Origin: an uncultured Candidatus Saccharibacteria bacterium
GTDB taxonomy: Bacteria > Patescibacteriota > Saccharimonadia > CAILAD01 > JADZBC01
NCBI GenBank assembly: GCA_964600985.1
Contig: CAZRJR010000002.1
Coordinates: 40,867-104,866 of the forward strand
DNA length: 64,000 nucleotides
Direction of reading: 5' to 3'
The translations under genes and the position numbers were made by a program. A model generated the notes under the pieces. It was not told the DNA's origin. It saw nothing but the letters and a program-made list of their open reading frames with translations, and did no database searches. Positions 59,728 through 64,000 of this stretch are shown piece by piece (position 1 is the stretch's first letter; each line of letters opens with the position of its first letter).

Positions 59728-60543
59728 ATGAAGAAACTCGAAGCGCTTCGTGCAGCTGCCCTGGGGTACTACAAAGAGCACGGTCGACATGCTTTGCCGT
59801 GGCGCCAGGATACTTCGCCGTATTCAATCTTCTTGAGCGAGGTAATGTTGCAGCAAACTCAAGTAAGTCGTGTGCTCACTAAGTATGCAGAGTTTATGGC
59901 TGTTCTGCCGAGTTTAGAAACACTGGCTGCGGCGCCACAGGCGGAAGTGTTACGGCTTTGGCGGGGCTTAGGTTACAACCGGCGAGCTTTGTGGCTCAAG
60001 CAAGCGGCCGAGATGGTAGTGCGTGACCGCCATGGCGTGTTGCCAAGTGGTCCGGCGGAGCTCCAGAAGTTACCCGGCATTGGGCCAAATACTGCTGGCT
60101 CAATAGCTGCTTTTGCCTATAACGAACCTACAGTGTTTATAGAAACTAATATTCGCCGCGTATTTATTCACCACTGCTTTGCGGATCAGCAAGGAGTGGA
60201 CGATGCCGAGCTTAAGCCGCTTATTGCAGAATCCTTAGAAGGCCAGCAACCGCGACAGTGGTACTGGGCCCTTATGGATTATGGTAGTTACCTGGCAAGC
60301 CAAGTGCCGAATCCGAACCGGCGCAGCAAGCACTACGCTAAGCAGTCTAAGTTTGTGGGATCCGACAGGCAGATTCGTGGCGAAGTGTTGCGGCTACTCC
60401 TAGAGGGTAACAAACAAGCTGTGCAGCTTGCTACAGAACTAGAGCATTTAGAAACTGACCAAGCTCGAGTTAGTCGGATTCTGAGCGATTTACGCGAAGA
60501 AGGATTTATTATTCTCCAAAAAGACACCTACAAACTTGCCTAA
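59728..60543 (+). CDS. mutY: MutY-like HhH-GPD adenine glycosylase lacking the Fe-S motif
   Basis: LPWR, SEVMLQQTQV, W.GLGYNRRA, LPGIGPNTA. Confidence 0.8.
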   Translation: MKKLEALRAAALGYYKEHGRHALPWRQDTSPYSIFLSEVMLQQTQVSRVLTKYAEFMAVLPSLETLAAAPQAEVLRLWRGLGYNRRALWLKQAAEMVVRDRHGVLPSGPAELQKLPGIGPNTAGSIAAFAYNEPTVFIETNIRRVFIHHCFADQQGVDDAELKPLIAESLEGQQPRQWYWALMDYGSYLASQVPNPNRRSKHYAKQSKFVGSDRQIRGEVLRLLLEGNKQAVQLATELEHLETDQARVSRILSDLREEGFIILQKDTYKLA

Positions 60544-60586
60544 ATCACCCTTGCTAGATCGCACCTCCTAAGAGCATACTAAGTAT

Positions 60587-61018
60587 ATGGAAGAACCAAT
60601 CTCAGCTTGGCTTATAGTCCATTTGGTCTGTTTGGCTACTGCGTATGGGTCGGTCTTGGTGGTTGATACTGTCGGCTTGGTTTGGCTGCTGGGCAGAGTA
60701 GGGCGTGAGCGCATGCTCAAGGTTACTGCCTGGGCGCAGCCGGTAATTTGGACTGGCCTCGTGGGCATGATGATTAGTGGTGCTATGCTTGGCCCCGATC
60801 TTGCCAAGCCGCTCACTAAAATTAAGATGGTGTTAGTGATTCTCCTTGCACTCAATGGCCTCAACCTAGATGCACTTCGCAAGCGCACTAAGCAGTTGAG
60901 TGGCCAATCATTTTGGGACACGCCAAATAGTTACAGGGCGTGGTCGGTGGTTTCTATAGCTCTCTCGCAAGCCCTATGGCTGTCGATTATCCTGGTGGCC
61001 GTTCTGAATTCCAAGTAG
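60587..61018 (+). CDS. Hypothetical four-TM membrane protein
   Basis: Hydrophobic ORF with His/Lys-bearing TM pattern. Confidence 0.65.
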   Translation: MEEPISAWLIVHLVCLATAYGSVLVVDTVGLVWLLGRVGRERMLKVTAWAQPVIWTGLVGMMISGAMLGPDLAKPLTKIKMVLVILLALNGLNLDALRKRTKQLSGQSFWDTPNSYRAWSVVSIALSQALWLSIILVAVLNSK

Positions 61019-61067
61019 TTGTTTTGCACTAGAGTTATTACCTCAAATCAGTTATAATTCTCTCGAT

Positions 61068-61976
61068 ATGACGGCTATTAAACCAACTTTCAAACAACCA
61101 AACCCGAAGCCAACATGGGTACTTTTGTACTACAAATTTGTTCAGGTTCCAGACCCTGAGTTTGAAGTCCAGCAACACAAGCTAGTTTGTAAGGGCATTG
61201 GCATATTGGGTCGGATTTTAATTGCCCAAGAAGGCATAAATGGTACGGTTGCTGGCACGCGTGCCCAGCTAAAGGAATACATTCGCTACATGAACGCACA
61301 TCCGCAGTTTGGCGGCATTGTGTTTAAGTGGAGCCCGGCACCACGTATGCCGTTCCACAAGCTGATTGTAAAGAAGCGCGACGAAATCGTAACCCTAGGT
61401 AGGGAAGTAGATATGGCTAAGACCGCCACGTACTTGAAGCCCGAGGAGTTGCACGCAATGTTCGAACGCGGCGAAAATATGGTACTAGTAGATATGCGTA
61501 ATGATTATGAGTACCAGGTTGGGCGGTTTAAGGATGCTGTGCAGCCCAAGACCGATAAGTTCTATGAACTACCCGAAAAGGTAAAGAACATTAAGGTTCC
61601 AAAGGGCGCTAAGGCTGTAACCTACTGCACAGGTGGGATTCGGTGCGAGAAGGCCTCGATTTTGCTCAAAGAGCAGGGCGTGGAGGACGTATACCAGCTA
61701 GAGGGTGGGATTGTAAAATACCTCGAGAAGTTCCCTAATGGTTACTTTGAGGGCAAGAACTTTGTGTTTGACGACCGTATGACTCAGGCGCCAGATACCG
61801 AAGCTGGACGCAAAGTATTGGCCGAGTGTGCGCATTGTGGCGCACCAAGTGATCGGTACCTGGACTGCACCAAGCCAGACTGCCACCAGCTCTTCATTTG
61901 CTGCGAGGATTGCGAAGCCAAGCATGGTGGCTTGTGTCCGGTAGCGGTTAAGGAACTGCAGGAAGTCACTAAATGA
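61068..61976 (+). CDS. trhO: Rhodanese-domain tRNA uridine hydroxylase (UPF0176/TrhO)
   Basis: LLYYKF, GRILIAQEGINGT, DMRNDYE..VGRF, YCTGGIRCEK, FVFDDR. Confidence 0.9.
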   Translation: MTAIKPTFKQPNPKPTWVLLYYKFVQVPDPEFEVQQHKLVCKGIGILGRILIAQEGINGTVAGTRAQLKEYIRYMNAHPQFGGIVFKWSPAPRMPFHKLIVKKRDEIVTLGREVDMAKTATYLKPEELHAMFERGENMVLVDMRNDYEYQVGRFKDAVQPKTDKFYELPEKVKNIKVPKGAKAVTYCTGGIRCEKASILLKEQGVEDVYQLEGGIVKYLEKFPNGYFEGKNFVFDDRMTQAPDTEAGRKVLAECAHCGAPSDRYLDCTKPDCHQLFICCEDCEAKHGGLCPVAVKELQEVTK

Positions 61977-62356
61977 AAACGATCCTCGTCGATGCCATTA
62001 ATGGACTTGTACGAGAAGATGGCACGATATTTGCCGCAATGCATGAATTGCTAGATTCATATCCTAATAATAAAATAGTGTTGACCGGTGCTAACGACGA
62101 ACAGTTCAAGAAGTTTAATCTAGACAAGGTCCCTTACGTAGTCTTTACTCTCAAGCATGATCCTGAAAAGTCTGATCCTAAGTATTTTGGAATCCTACTT
62201 AAAAAGTACAATCTTACTCCTGGCGATGTGGTGTACTTTGAGCACAGCAGGGAAGCATGCAAGAGTGCTGAATCACTAGGCATACCAACGCACTATTACG
62301 ACCACACAAGAGAGGATCTCGTGGCGCTTAAGAATTTCTTGGACGAGAATCTCTAA
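61973..62356 (+). CDS. HAD-like hypothetical protein
   Basis: ILVDA, LTGAN, PEKSDP, YFEH. Confidence 0.6.
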   Translation: MKTILVDAINGLVREDGTIFAAMHELLDSYPNNKIVLTGANDEQFKKFNLDKVPYVVFTLKHDPEKSDPKYFGILLKKYNLTPGDVVYFEHSREACKSAESLGIPTHYYDHTREDLVALKNFLDENL

Positions 62357-63659
62357 GCTCCTCGCGGACGACGTTGCGGTCATCCCAGGGGATGGTTGTG
62401 CCGCCAATCACCATGGATTGTTCGCTGCCTTTGCCAGTAATGAGTACAATGTCGTTCTTTTTGGCTAGTTTGAGTGCCTTGGCAATGGCTTTGCGACGGT
62501 CTTCTATACAGTACATGGTTTTATCAAGCCTGGCTCCAGCTTCTTCGGCTCCTCTGGCAATGTCTTTGATTATACTCATAGGGTCGTCATTGTACGGGTC
62601 CACATTGCATATGATGATTACGTCCGAGCCTTTGGCAGCAATAGCACCCATGGCAGGGCGCTTTTCTACATCTCTGCCGCCACCCTCGGCACCCAGTAGG
62701 GTAATGATTCGCGCTCCGCGCTTGCGCATGGTCGCAGCTCCGTCCATAAGTGCCTGCATGCTCACTTGCTCATGGGCGTAGTCTACGATCACGGTAAAGT
62801 CTTGGCCTTCGTCGATAACCTCCATGCGGCCTGGAATAACGGCGAGCCCGGCCAAGCCCTCGGCAATTACCTCGGCAGTTTTGCCAAGCGCAAATGCGGT
62901 GGCAATGGCGCCCGCCGCGTTGGTAACGTTAATAGTGCCCAAAATTCCTAGGTGGTAGGGGTGGCCGTTTACCTTAAAGTCAATGCCCTTGGCGGTCGAG
63001 GCAATGTCTACAGCCTTGTAGTCACTATTGGTCTTTACGCTGTAGCTGATTTTTTGGTCAGCCTTGAAGCCAGAATAGGCTGGTGCGTCCTGCGCGTCAC
63101 TGTTAGAGATTATGATCTTAGGAATACGCTTGCCAACCAGTACTTTATGCTTACTACGAGCCATCTGCATAAACACGCGCTTGTTGTGCTGATGCAATAC
63201 CTCCATGCTGCCACGGTGGGCGGCCATAATCTCGCGCGTAACATTGGTAAACACCAATACATCGAAGTTAATTCCCACGTGGCGATATTGGGTTTGGCCT
63301 TCGCTCGGCACTTCCATGACCACGTACTGGCATTTGGCAGCTAGCATGCGCTTAAGGTAACCCTGGAGTATAAAGGCATTGGGCATGGTCATGTGGTGGC
63401 GATTGAGTTCCTCGTGCTCAGCTATGCGGATGTTGGCCGTGCCTATTTGGCCAACTTTGCTGCCATCTGCACTTAACGCTGCCCAAATCATGTTGGCCGT
63501 AGTAGTTTTGCCTTTTGAGCCAACCACACCGATGATTATCATTTTCTCTGAGGGATTTTTGTGCTTAATTTGAGCCAATCGGGCTTCAGGGTAGTGGTAC
63601 TTGTTAAGAGCCTCTTTGGGCACCAGCGGGCGAACAGCGTTTTTTATTTGCTTAATCAT
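62328..63659 (-). CDS. murE: UDP-N-acetylmuramyl-tripeptide synthetase (Mur ligase)
   Basis: GSKGKTTT, VMEVPSEG, PGRME, VDYAH, GGGRD.EKRP.MG, LITGKGSE. Confidence 0.85.
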   Translation of the reverse strand: MIKQIKNAVRPLVPKEALNKYHYPEARLAQIKHKNPSEKMIIIGVVGSKGKTTTANMIWAALSADGSKVGQIGTANIRIAEHEELNRHHMTMPNAFILQGYLKRMLAAKCQYVVMEVPSEGQTQYRHVGINFDVLVFTNVTREIMAAHRGSMEVLHQHNKRVFMQMARSKHKVLVGKRIPKIIISNSDAQDAPAYSGFKADQKISYSVKTNSDYKAVDIASTAKGIDFKVNGHPYHLGILGTINVTNAAGAIATAFALGKTAEVIAEGLAGLAVIPGRMEVIDEGQDFTVIVDYAHEQVSMQALMDGAATMRKRGARIITLLGAEGGGRDVEKRPAMGAIAAKGSDVIIICNVDPYNDDPMSIIKDIARGAEEAGARLDKTMYCIEDRRKAIAKALKLAKKNDIVLITGKGSEQSMVIGGTTIPWDDRNVVREELRDSRPRNS

Positions 63660-63713
63660 GACCTTATTATACATGATTGGATCATACGAGAGCCAAGGCG
63701 TATAATTGGGGCG

Positions 63714-64000
63714 ATGTTGAAGATATACCAAGCACCACTAGCACTCGGAAGCTATAGTGTGGGCGTAGAGCAGGGTCCTGAGGTGTTGCTGCGCGAAGGT
63801 TTGCTAACCGCGCTAAAGCACAATGGTATCGATGCAGAAGTCTTTGAGCCAATCGGGCTGAGTGAGGGCTCAGCTACTGTAGATGGACTTCGTAATTACC
63901 ACGCAGTAGTGAAGTTTAATCAAGATTTAGGGCAGCAGATCCTTGAGAATACAAGGGGCGACGATGTGGCGCTCACGCTTGGCGGGGATCATGCAGTTGG
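63714..64000 (+). CDS. Arginase family protein (runs off window edge)
   Basis: Own translation: MLKIYQAPLALG...GVEQGPEVL...LTLGGDHAV. Confidence 0.8.
   Translation, partial: MLKIYQAPLALGSYSVGVEQGPEVLLREGLLTALKHNGIDAEVFEPIGLSEGSATVDGLRNYHAVVKFNQDLGQQILENTRGDDVALTLGGDHAV

Overview
A 64-kb chromosomal segment of a small-genome Patescibacteria/CPR bacterium, probably Saccharimonadia-like. This is inferred from the TraC-like/PrgI/VirB6-like plus tandem VirB2-type pilin locus, the FemABX pair, compact housekeeping genes and many apparently leaderless starts. It carries valS, tsaD, groES-groEL with a CIRCE operator, rarA, dus, trhO, a MutY-like gene, murE, idi, cfa, msrB, tldD/tldE, a heliorhodopsin, all four tRNA-Ser isoacceptors and a tRNA-Arg(GCG). 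Single GC-rich orphan cassettes are interspersed. The most unusual signals are non-coding. (1) A GC-rich SPFH gene has a ~550-nt structured leader and a canonical type III hammerhead ribozyme in its 3' region. (2) Two convergent, promoter-driven, highly structured ~450-500-nt RNAs lie between femX and the phosphomannomutase gene. (3) A small GIY-YIG nuclease gene is bracketed by 27-bp inverted repeats, and related repeats end two diverged ~225-bp palindromic elements elsewhere in the window. All family calls come from motif recognition by eye; no database search was run.
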